A stretch of DNA of 64,000 nt from a virus (lineage: Duplodnaviria > Caudoviricetes), in the IMG/VR virus record IMGVR_UViG_3300028887_000102, positions 16,595 through 80,594 of that record. One strand, written 5' to 3'. The translations under genes and the position numbers were made by a program. The notes under the pieces were generated by a model. That model searched no databases. It saw only the letters and a list, made by a program, of their open reading frames with translations, and had not been told where the DNA came from. Positions 27,984 to 37,207 of the stretch are shown here, piece by piece; the first letter of the stretch is position 1, and each line of letters starts with the position of its first letter.

Positions 27984-28358
27984 TCATTTTTGTTCCTCCA
28001 ATTTATTCTCCCAATAGTTTTGTACCTTATCCCAGAACGCACAATGTTTTTCAATATATTCTTGTTTCCAAGTTCTATCCAAAGTATCGTAGTAGTTAAA
28101 CCTCTGCCGGGCATATTCAATTCTCAAAAGACACAAAGCTCTATGGGCATCCGCTAATTTTGATTCTGCATAGTTCCTTTCGGAAAGGAACAGTTTTGCA
28201 TGGTGCTCGTGTAGGAATGCTTGTGATTCGGCAGAATCCAGTTTGACAGTCAATTCCGAAATGGCTTCATCCACATCGCCCTTTCCATACATCTGCAATG
28301 TGATGGCAGCACCTTTTGGAACGATGGTTTCGGCTTTAAGTTTTTTGTACTTGTACAT
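27984..28358 (-). CDS. Paralog family, class A (divergent)
   Basis: MYGKGDVDEAISEL; RALCLLRIEYAR; WDKVQNYW. Confidence 0.65.
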   Translation of the reverse strand: MYKYKKLKAETIVPKGAAITLQMYGKGDVDEAISELTVKLDSAESQAFLHEHHAKLFLSERNYAESKLADAHRALCLLRIEYARQRFNYYDTLDRTWKQEYIEKHCAFWDKVQNYWENKLEEQK

Positions 28359-28359
28359 A

Positions 28360-28770
28360 TTATAAATGCTCCAATTTACATTCACAAACAAATTCTACAT
28401 TATCCCAAATGTCAATCCATTCGTTAATAGTTCTTTTGGTCTTGGATGCATTCGTGTAGATGCTACCATCCGTGATGCCGTTGATGTCATATTTGGTTTT
28501 ACCATCATCTTTGTAGAAAGCATCTCGCGTTGTCCATAACGATGCGGCTATCCTAGCAACTTTTGCTCTTGATTTCCATAGGGCATATTCTTTACTTTGG
28601 CAGATACCGGCTAATTCGTCGATGACTGCATCCGTATCTTCTTTCGGGTACATCTCATAGACACCCCCATTGCATCCCCAATATTCCCCAGCAAACTTTT
28701 CGGATTCCAATTTGCTATGGGCATAGTCCACCAAGGATTGCTTGTCGCATTTGTTTATTCCTTTTTGCAT
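28360..28770 (-). CDS. Paralog family, class A
   Basis: MYPKEDTDAVIDEL; ALWKSRAKVAR; WDNVEFVCECK. Confidence 0.7.
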   Translation of the reverse strand: MQKGINKCDKQSLVDYAHSKLESEKFAGEYWGCNGGVYEMYPKEDTDAVIDELAGICQSKEYALWKSRAKVARIAASLWTTRDAFYKDDGKTKYDINGITDGSIYTNASKTKRTINEWIDIWDNVEFVCECKLEHL

Positions 28771-29102
28771 AAATATGAATCCGCTTTATCCCTGCATAGC
28801 CGTTCAACCTTGTTCCACTTTTGCTTGAGTTCTTCATATTCCTTGGCTTTTTGTAAATCGCCACGGAAGTATCTCCAACCATGTGCAAGAGTTCCGTTAT
28901 AGCAAGACATACTAAAAGCATTTTCGGCACGGACAATCCATATCGTTCGCTTGAGTTGCCGATTTTCGTCTTTCATTTCGGTAATGGCTTCATCTACCTG
29001 GGATTTCGGGTAGAAGTCTTCCACATCTTTGGATGCAAAGTTTTCGTTAATGTATCGGTTCAACCAATACACATCTTTTGCTTCAAGTTTATCGCATTTC
29101 AT
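28755..29102 (-). CDS. Paralog family, class A
   Basis: MKCDKLE; FYPKSQVDEAITEM; IWIVRAENA; WNKVERLCRDKADSY. Confidence 0.7.
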   Translation of the reverse strand: MKCDKLEAKDVYWLNRYINENFASKDVEDFYPKSQVDEAITEMKDENRQLKRTIWIVRAENAFSMSCYNGTLAHGWRYFRGDLQKAKEYEELKQKWNKVERLCRDKADSYLCKKE

Positions 29103-29439
29103 TTTTGAGTTTCCCTGCCATTTTGAGCCATCGTTTGCTTCGTTCATAATACTTATCGGATTTTTCTCTCCATCGTTTTCTTGCCGCTTCTCTATTGCTT
29201 TCCGATTCCATAGCATCTTCTTCATCTCTATCGGAATCATTGCTTACGGCTACCATTTCCATTCCATATTCCGCAGACAAGGAATGACAAATGGTTGCTT
29301 CTCGCATACAGAACTTTATCTTGTATCGTAAAAGTTCTTGTTGCAGTTTAGCCACCGTTTTATCTACGATGTCCGCTGGGTATAAGGGGCCGGCGAAACC
29401 GAGCATCCCACGATGTTCTTTTAATTCATCACCTAACAT
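29089..29439 (-). CDS. Paralog family, class B (divergent)
   Basis: LYPADIVDKTVAKL; LLRYKIKFCM; RSKRWLKM. Confidence 0.6.
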   Translation of the reverse strand: MLGDELKEHRGMLGFAGPLYPADIVDKTVAKLQQELLRYKIKFCMREATICHSLSAEYGMEMVAVSNDSDRDEEDAMESESNREAARKRWREKSDKYYERSKRWLKMAGKLKNEMR

Positions 29440-29455
29440 TTTGAATCCTTTTGAG

Positions 29456-29539
29456 TTATTTGTGTTTCTTTTTGCCGAGATTTATTACTACAAGAATAAC
29501 CAGAACGCAAATAAGCCAAACTACACCATACTTGAGCAT
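29456..29539 (-). CDS. 27-aa membrane peptide
   Basis: MLKYGVVWLICVLVILVVINLGKKKHK; AAGGAG RBS. Confidence 0.55.
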   Translation of the reverse strand: MLKYGVVWLICVLVILVVINLGKKKHK

Positions 29540-29599
29540 ATTAAACTCCTTTAAAAATTTATGTATGTGTTCATCGTGATTATATACAATCGGACTAGG

Positions 29600-30073
29600 T
29601 TATTTTTTTCTGCAATGGTCGCAGAGTTCCGTGTGGTGCTTTCTAGGATATTCATTCGTAGCATCAATTTTTAGGTAGCGCTTGTTGCACATCGGGCATA
29701 TCGGATAGAGTGAACCACCGTGAGTCAATAAATAATTTCCAAAGGGTATCAAGGATGCAGATAAGTTTTTTGAGTAGCCCCCACCGGGCTTGAACCTAAT
29801 CTCTCTCTTGGATGGCTTGTACTCGCATTCAATAGTGGTGTAGTATAACTGTTTGGTTTTTTTGTCTTTCCAACATTCTTGTATATAGGCATTCTGCCAA
29901 TCGTTAGCATTTTTCCTAGCATCCACCCAATGAAACATAGATTCCCAAGTATGTGGGATGCTATCATTCATTTCAAATTCTTTCGCCTTTTCAAGAGCTT
30001 CTTCAACGGAGTTCGCTTTAACCTGAATGACACACCTTGCTTGTGGTGTTATTTCAATATTGTATGTAGGCAT
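29600..30073 (-). CDS. Hypothetical protein with a C-terminal zinc finger
   Basis: ICPMCNKR...LCDHCRKK. Confidence 0.7.
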   Translation of the reverse strand: MPTYNIEITPQARCVIQVKANSVEEALEKAKEFEMNDSIPHTWESMFHWVDARKNANDWQNAYIQECWKDKKTKQLYYTTIECEYKPSKREIRFKPGGGYSKNLSASLIPFGNYLLTHGGSLYPICPMCNKRYLKIDATNEYPRKHHTELCDHCRKK

Positions 30074-30074
30074 A

Positions 30075-30566
30075 TTACTTTCCCCGATTCTTATTGCAGA
30101 TTCTATCCGACCTATCCTTGTAATATGCGGTAATTACGGCATTTAGACTATAATCGCCCTGCATATTCTTGAATGTCTTCGGCTTGTTTGTGAATGTCTG
30201 CAAGTCCGAAATGAACTGTTTAATTCCAGTCCATTCATCGTTTACACGCTTATAGGCTTCTTTGGTTGTTTTGATGGCACATTCTTGAGTGACGAACCAT
30301 TGAATGCTTTCATTGAGTTCCGTCAATTTTCTGCCCTCAAGTTTGAAAGGGTATCTGCCATCTCCCCAAGTTTGGGAGTTGCAACGAATCATACCCTTAC
30401 ACCACGGCAAAAGAATGTCTCCGAACTTTCCACCCGGATAGAAGTATTCAAACGGGATTTTAAGTTTCTTGAGAGCCTTTCCAAGTTCGTGAATCGCGTC
30501 GATGTACTTTGATTTTTCGCATTTGCTTTTGTCGGTGCAACCGAGGATTTCTTTCTTTTTAGCCAT
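30075..30566 (-). CDS. Hypothetical protein
   Basis: GGAG RBS; 163 aa. Confidence 0.7.
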   Translation of the reverse strand: MAKKKEILGCTDKSKCEKSKYIDAIHELGKALKKLKIPFEYFYPGGKFGDILLPWCKGMIRCNSQTWGDGRYPFKLEGRKLTELNESIQWFVTQECAIKTTKEAYKRVNDEWTGIKQFISDLQTFTNKPKTFKNMQGDYSLNAVITAYYKDRSDRICNKNRGK

Positions 30567-30858
30567 TGGTATTTTCTCCGTTTAGAAATTTTTTAAGTTG
30601 TTCGGGTGTTATCTTGGATTTGTCTATGATGAATGTTAATGGTTCTTTAAGTTCTCTTTGTACGATGAGTTCGGACACGGCATTTACTTTTTCTAAAATT
30701 TCGTTGTAGGCGATAGCCTTTTTTTCATCTGGAAGAATATTCCACTTGGCATTCAAAGCATCCCTGCGGGCTTTAATATCCCGGAGCATACTCCCAATGG
30801 GTTCAACATCCTTGTATTTTTCAAAAGGGCTTTCGTTTAAGGGAATCAATTCAATCAT
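30559..30858 (-). CDS. Hypothetical protein
   Basis: AAGGAG RBS before MIELIP. Confidence 0.65.
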   Translation of the reverse strand: MIELIPLNESPFEKYKDVEPIGSMLRDIKARRDALNAKWNILPDEKKAIAYNEILEKVNAVSELIVQRELKEPLTFIIDKSKITPEQLKKFLNGENTNG

Positions 30859-30868
30859 ATAGGTCTCC

Positions 30869-31189
30869 TTACCAGTTGCGAGTAATCCATTTCGGTACAA
30901 GAACGAACTTGACAGTGCAAGGACTACCGTCTTCATTAACATAGTGGTCGTTAATCATAACTTTGCATTTGGATTTCGGGGCATAAACGAAACGATGCTT
31001 CGATATGAAATCGTGTCGTTCGCCCATATCAAATTTCCAAGCTCTCTCCGTTTCGGAATCCACCGGGAACATTCCGCAGTCAATATCCAGATGGTCAAAA
31101 TCGGTTTCCATTCTTTTGATGGCAGACAAGTATTCGCTTACCTTTGTGATGGTGTCAAACACTTTGAGATAGGTGCTTATTTTCTTCAT
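30869..31189 (-). CDS. Hypothetical protein
   Basis: First gene after the minus-strand promoter. Confidence 0.7.
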   Translation of the reverse strand: MKKISTYLKVFDTITKVSEYLSAIKRMETDFDHLDIDCGMFPVDSETERAWKFDMGERHDFISKHRFVYAPKSKCKVMINDHYVNEDGSPCTVKFVLVPKWITRNW

Positions 31190-31219
31190 AGCGGGTGTCC
31201 TTATGATTATCCGCTAACC

Positions 31220-31248
31220 AATATAACTAAATATCACAAAGATGTCAA
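31220..31248 (-). promoter_or_regulatory. Sigma70-type promoter, copy 4 (minus strand)
   Basis: Reverse complement reads TTGACA-tctttgtgatatttagt-TATATT. Confidence 0.85.
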
Positions 31249-31316
31249 GATATTTTTGTAAAAATATTTAATTAGACATTCCCGAAAAAAAAAATCAATT
31301 ATTTTTACGAGACTAC

Positions 31317-31345
31317 TTGACAACCCTTTGATATTTAGTTATATT
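31317..31345 (+). promoter_or_regulatory. Sigma70-type promoter, copy 5
   Basis: TTGACA-accctttgatatttagt-TATATT. Confidence 0.85.
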
Positions 31346-31368
31346 CAACGATACATCATAATCAAACA

Positions 31369-31821
31369 ATGATGGAGAAAAAGATGCGTCCAGATAACTG
31401 CAATGGTAAGAATCGTGAAATTCGCTTGACCCGCGAAGAAATCTTTGATATGCTCAATTCTGAAAGGGATAAGGCATTGGGGGTGGGCGATGCTCGTCTT
31501 GTTGCGATGTATGACAATGTGATTCAAAGTTATGTCACGAAGTTAAAACATATTCGGGATATGAATGGTAGCGGATATAAGTATGTCCGGTTCTGCAATG
31601 TCCAACAACGATGGGTGCCGGCACGTGCCGCCGAAGAACTCTGCAAAGTTCCGATTAAGAAACGAAAGGTGCTTGACACTATTCTTATGGATGGAAAGAT
31701 TACACGAATGATTGCTACGGCTACCGCAAAGGATGGCTCTATCACGACTCTTGACATCAATTATAAGGATGGTACTGTTGTCATCAATGCTAGTAGTAAG
31801 CAATCGGTGGGAGATGCATAA
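31369..31821 (+). CDS. Hypothetical protein
   Basis: First ORF after the promoter. Confidence 0.65.
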   Translation: MMEKKMRPDNCNGKNREIRLTREEIFDMLNSERDKALGVGDARLVAMYDNVIQSYVTKLKHIRDMNGSGYKYVRFCNVQQRWVPARAAEELCKVPIKKRKVLDTILMDGKITRMIATATAKDGSITTLDINYKDGTVVINASSKQSVGDA

Positions 31822-32204
31822 TGCCCGAAGCAACGAAGATTTATAAGCGAAAGAAGCCGTTGAATGATGTGATGGCTACCTATATGTTAGGGGTCAATTT
31901 TGCCGCTATCGTTAAGCAACTTGTTATCGGGTTGGCTTGCAAGAAATGTACTAATGACTATAACAATCCTAAAAGTAATTTCCATCTAACTAAAGACAAG
32001 AAAACGGTTATCGTGGAATTGTGGGATGAACATTTGATGGATATGCCGTCCGAATTAGATAGGTTCAAGCGTAATTTCACGATGTACCCGAAGCCCACGG
32101 CAACCTATACTTTGGAGTTTATTGTTCGTTTGGACGCTCAAGAAGTGTTGAGTTATTTGAACTTGTATATGCCTACCATAGAAAGAATCGAGGAGTTGTT
32201 CTAA
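31821..32204 (+). CDS. Hypothetical protein
   Basis: TAATG overlap. Confidence 0.7.
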   Translation: MPEATKIYKRKKPLNDVMATYMLGVNFAAIVKQLVIGLACKKCTNDYNNPKSNFHLTKDKKTVIVELWDEHLMDMPSELDRFKRNFTMYPKPTATYTLEFIVRLDAQEVLSYLNLYMPTIERIEELF

Positions 32205-32827
32205 TGCAGTATGCTGGTGTAGAACTCATAGACTTTGAATCCGAAAAGCCGCAGATATTCGACCCACCCCGGTTGATGTTTGTATGGAACACGGAGCATT
32301 TTAAAGTTCCATCCGTACAAGAGATTCGGTGCTATGACCCAATGCTTGAAAGACCTTTTATGGAATCGGATTATGTGGGGCGATGGACTCACGGCGCGGT
32401 TATTGATGATAGTTTGATGCCGACCATAAAGAATCTTCTTGTGAATAATAATCCGTATAAGGATGATGATGTCCGTGTACAACGGAACAAGTTGGTGTGC
32501 TGGGATGATAAGGAAAAGAAATGGAATGTTATTCTGGATAACCTTCCGTTTTCGTTTGGCGATGTGTCCGTGAATGTTATCTATATGACCGGTACATTGA
32601 TTGATGGTATGAAACTTGTGTTTACCTTGTTGTTCTATGATTCGGAACATTATATTGATGGCAGGGCACGTGTTTTCCCGGTACTTGTGTTTTTAAAGGA
32701 TGATAATTCCCTTGTGTATGAACGATACCATACATCTACGGAATTGAATGTAAGAGTGGGCGATTGGAATTATCGCCGTATCATTGAATTGTCTAGGATT
32801 AACTGGAATATGAACGAGATTCGTTAA
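32204..32827 (+). CDS. Hypothetical protein (N-terminal paralog of 45409..45867)
   Basis: KPQIFDPPRLMFVWN. Confidence 0.7.
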   Translation: MQYAGVELIDFESEKPQIFDPPRLMFVWNTEHFKVPSVQEIRCYDPMLERPFMESDYVGRWTHGAVIDDSLMPTIKNLLVNNNPYKDDDVRVQRNKLVCWDDKEKKWNVILDNLPFSFGDVSVNVIYMTGTLIDGMKLVFTLLFYDSEHYIDGRARVFPVLVFLKDDNSLVYERYHTSTELNVRVGDWNYRRIIELSRINWNMNEIR

Positions 32828-32837
32828 AGGAGTTATT

Positions 32838-33221
32838 ATGGGCGTAGATTTGAATTGGGCGGGTAGTCTTTCCTACCCTCGCTTCTATGAAGAACTTGAA
32901 GCCGTTGCTACACAAGTTTTTGGGGCTACGGTATCAAAGGAATATATTGAAGCAAAGAATAAACCGGAGAATAATACTATCACTGGGTATTTCTTTGCGA
33001 ATGCTCATACATCTTGTGATAAGTTTGTGTGGCCCGATGGTACACCCGAAGTATTGAAGACTTTCTTTAGGGCACCAACGGAATATTATGACCCAGAGTT
33101 CGTTAAGGACTTGTGGGCGCTTGTTGAACCCCATGCCGAAAAGGTTGAAGCCTTGAGTGACCAATTCTATGAAGAACTCAAGTGTGATGCTATGTATGGC
33201 GAATCTTGGTGTGTCTGTTAA
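32838..33221 (+). CDS. Hypothetical protein
   Basis: AAGGAG RBS. Confidence 0.7.
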   Translation: MGVDLNWAGSLSYPRFYEELEAVATQVFGATVSKEYIEAKNKPENNTITGYFFANAHTSCDKFVWPDGTPEVLKTFFRAPTEYYDPEFVKDLWALVEPHAEKVEALSDQFYEELKCDAMYGESWCVC

Positions 33222-33230
33222 GGAGACTAT

Positions 33231-33512
33231 ATGAAATATACCGTTATTCTACCACAACTCAAGGTATATGACTTGGCTGATTCCACCGACCATCCCGACG
33301 TGGTATATGGAAAAATTGAAGTTGATGCCGTTATCCGTGACTTGATTCTTGAAAAGGAATCGTTTCATCGCAGGGCTTTGGATGCCGAACGGCGATATTA
33401 CCAGACGATTAGCCAGATTGCTTCGGAAGAACTCAAAAAATTGGAAGATGAATCCACAACTATGGAAGCATCTCTTGATACTTTGAGTAATGTCTTGGGG
33501 GGTCGTGTATGA
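33231..33512 (+). CDS. Hypothetical coiled-coil protein
   Basis: AAGGAG RBS. Confidence 0.7.
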   Translation: MKYTVILPQLKVYDLADSTDHPDVVYGKIEVDAVIRDLILEKESFHRRALDAERRYYQTISQIASEELKKLEDESTTMEASLDTLSNVLGGRV

Positions 33513-33901
33513 GTGATGCAGTCTATGACAAGTTGCGAATGGTCATCCAGACAAAAAGGGATATGGACAATCCCCTGCAACCTTATGGCGTGACGGTTCA
33601 ATATAGTATTATCAACCCGGATGATACGGAGTTCCATTCCAGAATGGATGTTTCTGATGTTCGCGTGGTTTGTGATTACGAAATTGCTAAAGCCGTATTG
33701 GATGAATCCGAACGGAAGTCCAAGAAGTTGTTGTGGATGTCTAGGGCTTTAAGGGCTTCACATATTTCTTGTCTTGCTTTTCAAGGTGAGTATATACCGT
33801 TGGATAACTACGGAAATGAACTTGATTGGCGAATTATGTATCAAAAATGGAAAAAGGTAGAAGAATTATGTCTTAAAAAGGCAAGGGAGTATGATATATG
33901 A
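33509..33901 (+). CDS. Paralog family, class A
   Basis: LLWMSRALRAS; WKKVEELCLKKAREY. Confidence 0.7.
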   Translation: MSDAVYDKLRMVIQTKRDMDNPLQPYGVTVQYSIINPDDTEFHSRMDVSDVRVVCDYEIAKAVLDESERKSKKLLWMSRALRASHISCLAFQGEYIPLDNYGNELDWRIMYQKWKKVEELCLKKAREYDI

Positions 33902-34269
33902 TGACATTGGCTCTTGATGAATATAAGGTGGTTAAAGGCAATGAGGGTTATATCATTGCTTGCAATTACGAAATGAAACGAGCTTACGATGCCGATGAAG
34001 CGGATAAGGAAATCGACCGCCTTATTTGTATGGCAGGGAATAATGCTAGGGGTTATCGTATTGCACGCAGGGCTTTGTGGCAATCCAGAGTTCGCAATGC
34101 CGAAATTATGATGAAGCACTTGTCATTCCTTGTTGAATGCTTTAGGGATTCTAACATTACCACAGAAGCCGCCATTTATAATTCCAAGTTAAATAACTGG
34201 AAATGGGTTCACGATGCTTGTTTGAAAAAGTATGAAACTCTTTGTAAGGAAAAAGGCAATGCAGTATAA
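33898..34269 (+). CDS. Paralog family, class A
   Basis: YDADEADKEIDRL; ALWQSRVRNA; WKWVHDACLKK. Confidence 0.7.
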   Translation: MMTLALDEYKVVKGNEGYIIACNYEMKRAYDADEADKEIDRLICMAGNNARGYRIARRALWQSRVRNAEIMMKHLSFLVECFRDSNITTEAAIYNSKLNNWKWVHDACLKKYETLCKEKGNAV

Positions 34270-34516
34270 ATATATGTCTTTTGTGTCATTCTGCCGTTGG
34301 TGTAATGATAGAGCATCCGATGGATTTTGGGGCGCACAATCTGCCCTTACTTGCATACGAATTGCGGATGATGTCAATAAGAAATGGTTTTCTTGGAGAC
34401 GCGAAAGATATTGGCGTAAAAACTGGGAAAAGGGTGTTCGTGAGCAAATTGTGAATCCTACCGAACGGGCTACGGCTCAATATTATAAGGCTATGGGGCT
34501 ATGCGAAGACTACTAG
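34259..34516 (+). CDS. Hypothetical protein
   Basis: MQYKYMSFVSFCRWCNDRASDGFW. Confidence 0.65.
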   Translation: MQYKYMSFVSFCRWCNDRASDGFWGAQSALTCIRIADDVNKKWFSWRRERYWRKNWEKGVREQIVNPTERATAQYYKAMGLCEDY

Positions 34517-34614
34517 CAATTCTCTTTAAACGAAATTGGCAAGAAATCCCACCCATCTTTAGTGTGTGGGATGAATTGTCCGTATTGAAACATATAGACT
34601 TTTAGAGAAAATAC

Positions 34615-34643
34615 TTGTATTTCATTAAAAACTAATCTATATT
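34615..34643 (+). promoter_or_regulatory. Putative tnpB promoter
   Basis: TTGTAT-17nt-TATATT; ATG lies 6 nt after the -10 box (probably leaderless). Confidence 0.5.
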
Positions 34644-34649
34644 ATAGTT

Positions 34650-35849
34650 ATGATGTTGAAGGCATATAAATATCGGATATACCCGACAAAGACTCAAGAA
34701 GTGCTTTTAGTTAAGCATTTCGGTTGCACCAGATACATCTATAATTATGGTCTTGAACGGAAAATAAAGTCTTACGCAGAAACAAAGAAAAGCCTTTCCA
34801 GATTCACGATTCAATCGGATTTGCCGAAGTTGAAGAAAGCCGAAGAAACAAAGTGGCTTGCAGAAGTAAACTCACTTTCGCTACAAGTGGCGTTGCTTAA
34901 TCTCGATATGGCATTCACTAGGTTCTTCAAGGAAAAGAAAGGCTTCCCCAAGTTCAAATCCAAGCACGACCACAACCAATCATTTCAAGTTCCGCAGAAT
35001 ACAACAGTCGATTACGAATGTAAACGGGTGTATATTCCAAAATTCAAGGAAGGAATCAAGTGTAAGTTTGGCAGACAATTTAGCGGAAAGATTAAGACAA
35101 GTACAGTAAGTAGAACCCCAACAGGAAAGTATTACATATCCATTCTGGTAGAAACCAATGATACCATTCCTAGCAAAGCACCGATAGACGAGAACAAAGC
35201 GGTCGGTGTGGACTTGGGCATCAAGACGTTTGCTACCTTGAGCGATGGTACTGAAATACAGAACCCCAAGAACCTAAAGAAATCCTTGAAACGATTAAAA
35301 CGGTTGCAAAGGTCTATTTCCCGAAAAATCAAAGGTAGCAACTCACGGAAGAACACCGTCAAGTTGCTTGCCCGACAATATGAGAAAGTGACCAATCGCA
35401 GAAAGGATTTCTTGCACAAGACAAGCAAGTGGTTGATTGACCACTACGATACTATTTGCCTTGAAACGCTTTCTGCCAAGAATATGATGCGGAATCATAA
35501 ACTTGCACAAGCACTGTCCGATATAAGCATAGGCACGTTCAATGCCTATATGGACTACAAAGCGGAGTGGTATGGTAAGAACATAATCCGCATAGGTCGG
35601 TTCGAGCCATCTAGCAAGATGTGTTCTTGTGGTCACATATACAAGGAACTGACCCTAAAGGATAGGGTATGGACTTGTCCTTGTTGTGGTGCTATCAACA
35701 AAAGGGATTTGTTGGCCGCTAACAACATAAAGAAGTTTGCATTTAAGCAAAACAATACGGCCCGGACGACCGGAATTTACGCCGTGGAAACAATGAACCC
35801 CACTAGGGGAGCAGCCACGGAAACCCACACATCTTTAGTGCGTGGGTAG
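34650..35849 (+). CDS. tnpB: RNA-guided endonuclease TnpB
   Basis: KAYKYRIYPT HTH; GVDLGIK (RuvC-I), ICLETL (RuvC-II), CSCG...CPCCG zinc finger, RDLLAANNI (RuvC-III). Confidence 0.95.
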   Translation: MMLKAYKYRIYPTKTQEVLLVKHFGCTRYIYNYGLERKIKSYAETKKSLSRFTIQSDLPKLKKAEETKWLAEVNSLSLQVALLNLDMAFTRFFKEKKGFPKFKSKHDHNQSFQVPQNTTVDYECKRVYIPKFKEGIKCKFGRQFSGKIKTSTVSRTPTGKYYISILVETNDTIPSKAPIDENKAVGVDLGIKTFATLSDGTEIQNPKNLKKSLKRLKRLQRSISRKIKGSNSRKNTVKLLARQYEKVTNRRKDFLHKTSKWLIDHYDTICLETLSAKNMMRNHKLAQALSDISIGTFNAYMDYKAEWYGKNIIRIGRFEPSSKMCSCGHIYKELTLKDRVWTCPCCGAINKRDLLAANNIKKFAFKQNNTARTTGIYAVETMNPTRGAATETHTSLVRG

Positions 35850-36072
35850 TTCATTATCCATCATCCAAAGGACTTGGAAACCATTGGTTATGATTTTAGG
35901 TTATACCTCAATTTATTGTCGGAACAACATAATAAACTTTATGAACTGCGGAGAGACTTGTCGGCATACCAAGATGTATGCGCTCGTTGGCACATTGGAA
36001 GCCCCGATGAACTTGATACCCGGTTGCGCAATTTGAATGATGCGATATGCAAATATCAAAAGGAGATGAAAT

Positions 36073-36570
36073 ATGAAAATTGATGCATCCGCGTATCTGC
36101 CAGTAGAACTTGTGAAAAAGATTAGTAGTTTCTTCTTTACTTGGAGTGCTTGCAGGGGCATTGACCCTAACACCCCACTTGGAGAAATTGCCAAGCACGC
36201 TCATCTTCATTGGCAGAACTATGAGCATCGTATGTCCGAAATGCGACAAAATGTTCAAACCGTAATGTCCACCAATTCCTACTTGAGAGATGAAGTTAAT
36301 TCGTTGAAGTCGAAGTTAAAGGATAGTGATGTACATTGCCATTATCTTGTGTACCGGCAGAAGTATAAGCGGTGTCTTGTGTACATTGAAAAGCATAGAT
36401 TACAAGTTGAAAATGCTCAAGATGCAGTTCGGTTAATATCGTGTAGTTCTAATGCCTTTACGGAAGAAACATTTAGAAAGACTCTTGCTTATCATCAACG
36501 AAAGCGGGATAGGTACTTGAAACATTATAACAAGTGGCTTGAACTCTCTAGGTTTTTTAAGGAGATGTAA
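36073..36570 (+). CDS. Paralog family, class B
   Basis: YRQKYKRCLVYIEK...YNKWLELSRFFKE. Confidence 0.7.
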   Translation: MKIDASAYLPVELVKKISSFFFTWSACRGIDPNTPLGEIAKHAHLHWQNYEHRMSEMRQNVQTVMSTNSYLRDEVNSLKSKLKDSDVHCHYLVYRQKYKRCLVYIEKHRLQVENAQDAVRLISCSSNAFTEETFRKTLAYHQRKRDRYLKHYNKWLELSRFFKEM

Positions 36571-36571
36571 G

Positions 36572-36784
36572 ATGGACACGGATGTTTGTATGCAAAAGTA
36601 TAAGCGGTGTTTGGCACTTATTGAAGTGTACCGACTCCGTGCCAAGTTGATGGCAGGGCTTGCTAGGGGTACTAGGGGCTTTGAGTATAGCGATGATTGG
36701 CATAATAAATCCAGACGATATATTCGCTACGCTATAAAGTGGCGAGATATATCACATAAAATCAAAGAATCAATGCATAGGTAG
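36572..36784 (+). CDS. Paralog family, class B (minimal)
   Basis: MQKYKRCLALIEV...AIKWRDIS. Confidence 0.65.
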   Translation: MDTDVCMQKYKRCLALIEVYRLRAKLMAGLARGTRGFEYSDDWHNKSRRYIRYAIKWRDISHKIKESMHR

Positions 36785-36791
36785 GCATTAT

Positions 36792-37055
36792 ATGAATATA
36801 AAAGAAGTGAGCTTGAATCTTGCGGAAATTGAAATCATCAAGCATACTCTAGGGTATGACTATTGCAACTATTCGTTCCGTAATCATTTCGTGACGAAAC
36901 CGAGTAGTTCCGATGGTGTTATCTGCGAGGGTCTTGTTAAAAAGGGTCTTATGACCCGGCATAGCGAGAAATTCTTGTTGGATGAGTGCTGTGCTTATAA
37001 TTGTACCGACGATGGGAAACTACTTATTATGCGTATTTGTGGCTATACGAAGTAG
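36792..37055 (+). CDS. Hypothetical protein (possible winged helix)
   Basis: FRNHFVT...CEGLVKKGLM. Confidence 0.6.
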   Translation: MNIKEVSLNLAEIEIIKHTLGYDYCNYSFRNHFVTKPSSSDGVICEGLVKKGLMTRHSEKFLLDECCAYNCTDDGKLLIMRICGYTK

Positions 37056-37063
37056 GCGCGACT

Positions 37064-37204
37064 ATGGGTATCTGCGAATGTTGCAAGAAGCCATCATCCC
37101 ATATTATCAAGGTGGTAGCCCGCATCTATGAACTTGGAACTATTGATGTCCGAAAAGTTAAGGTTTGCCCAGAGTGTTATGTGTTGCATAAAATAAAGAA
37201 GTGA
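37064..37204 (+). CDS. Zinc-finger microprotein
   Basis: GICECCKK...VCPECY. Confidence 0.55.
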   Translation: MGICECCKKPSSHIIKVVARIYELGTIDVRKVKVCPECYVLHKIKK

Positions 37205-37207
37205 CTT

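Larger units (their letters stand above)
34529..35853 (+). mobile_element. IS200/IS605-family solo-tnpB element (IS1341-like), about 1.3 kb
   Basis: Matching subterminal hairpins at 34547-34571 and 35823-35847 (shared ATCTTTAGT loop); TTTA before the left end, TTCA at the right end; no tnpA. Confidence 0.85.
34501..36083 (+). pseudogene. Small phage gene interrupted by the IS element
   Basis: Joining 34501-34528 to 35854-36083 gives one ORF: MRRLLAILFIIHHPKDLETIGYDFRLYLNLL...KEMKYEN. Confidence 0.6.

Noticed and set aside
28755-29240. 46-aa N-terminal extension of the 28755 ORF given in the track
   Set aside because: It overlaps the neighbouring gene in another frame; paralog alignment places the start at MKCDKLE (29102).
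34529-35853. IStron (group I intron fused to tnpB), since the element sits in a coding sequence
   Set aside because: Only about 120 nt separate the left end from the tnpB start, too short for a group I ribozyme.
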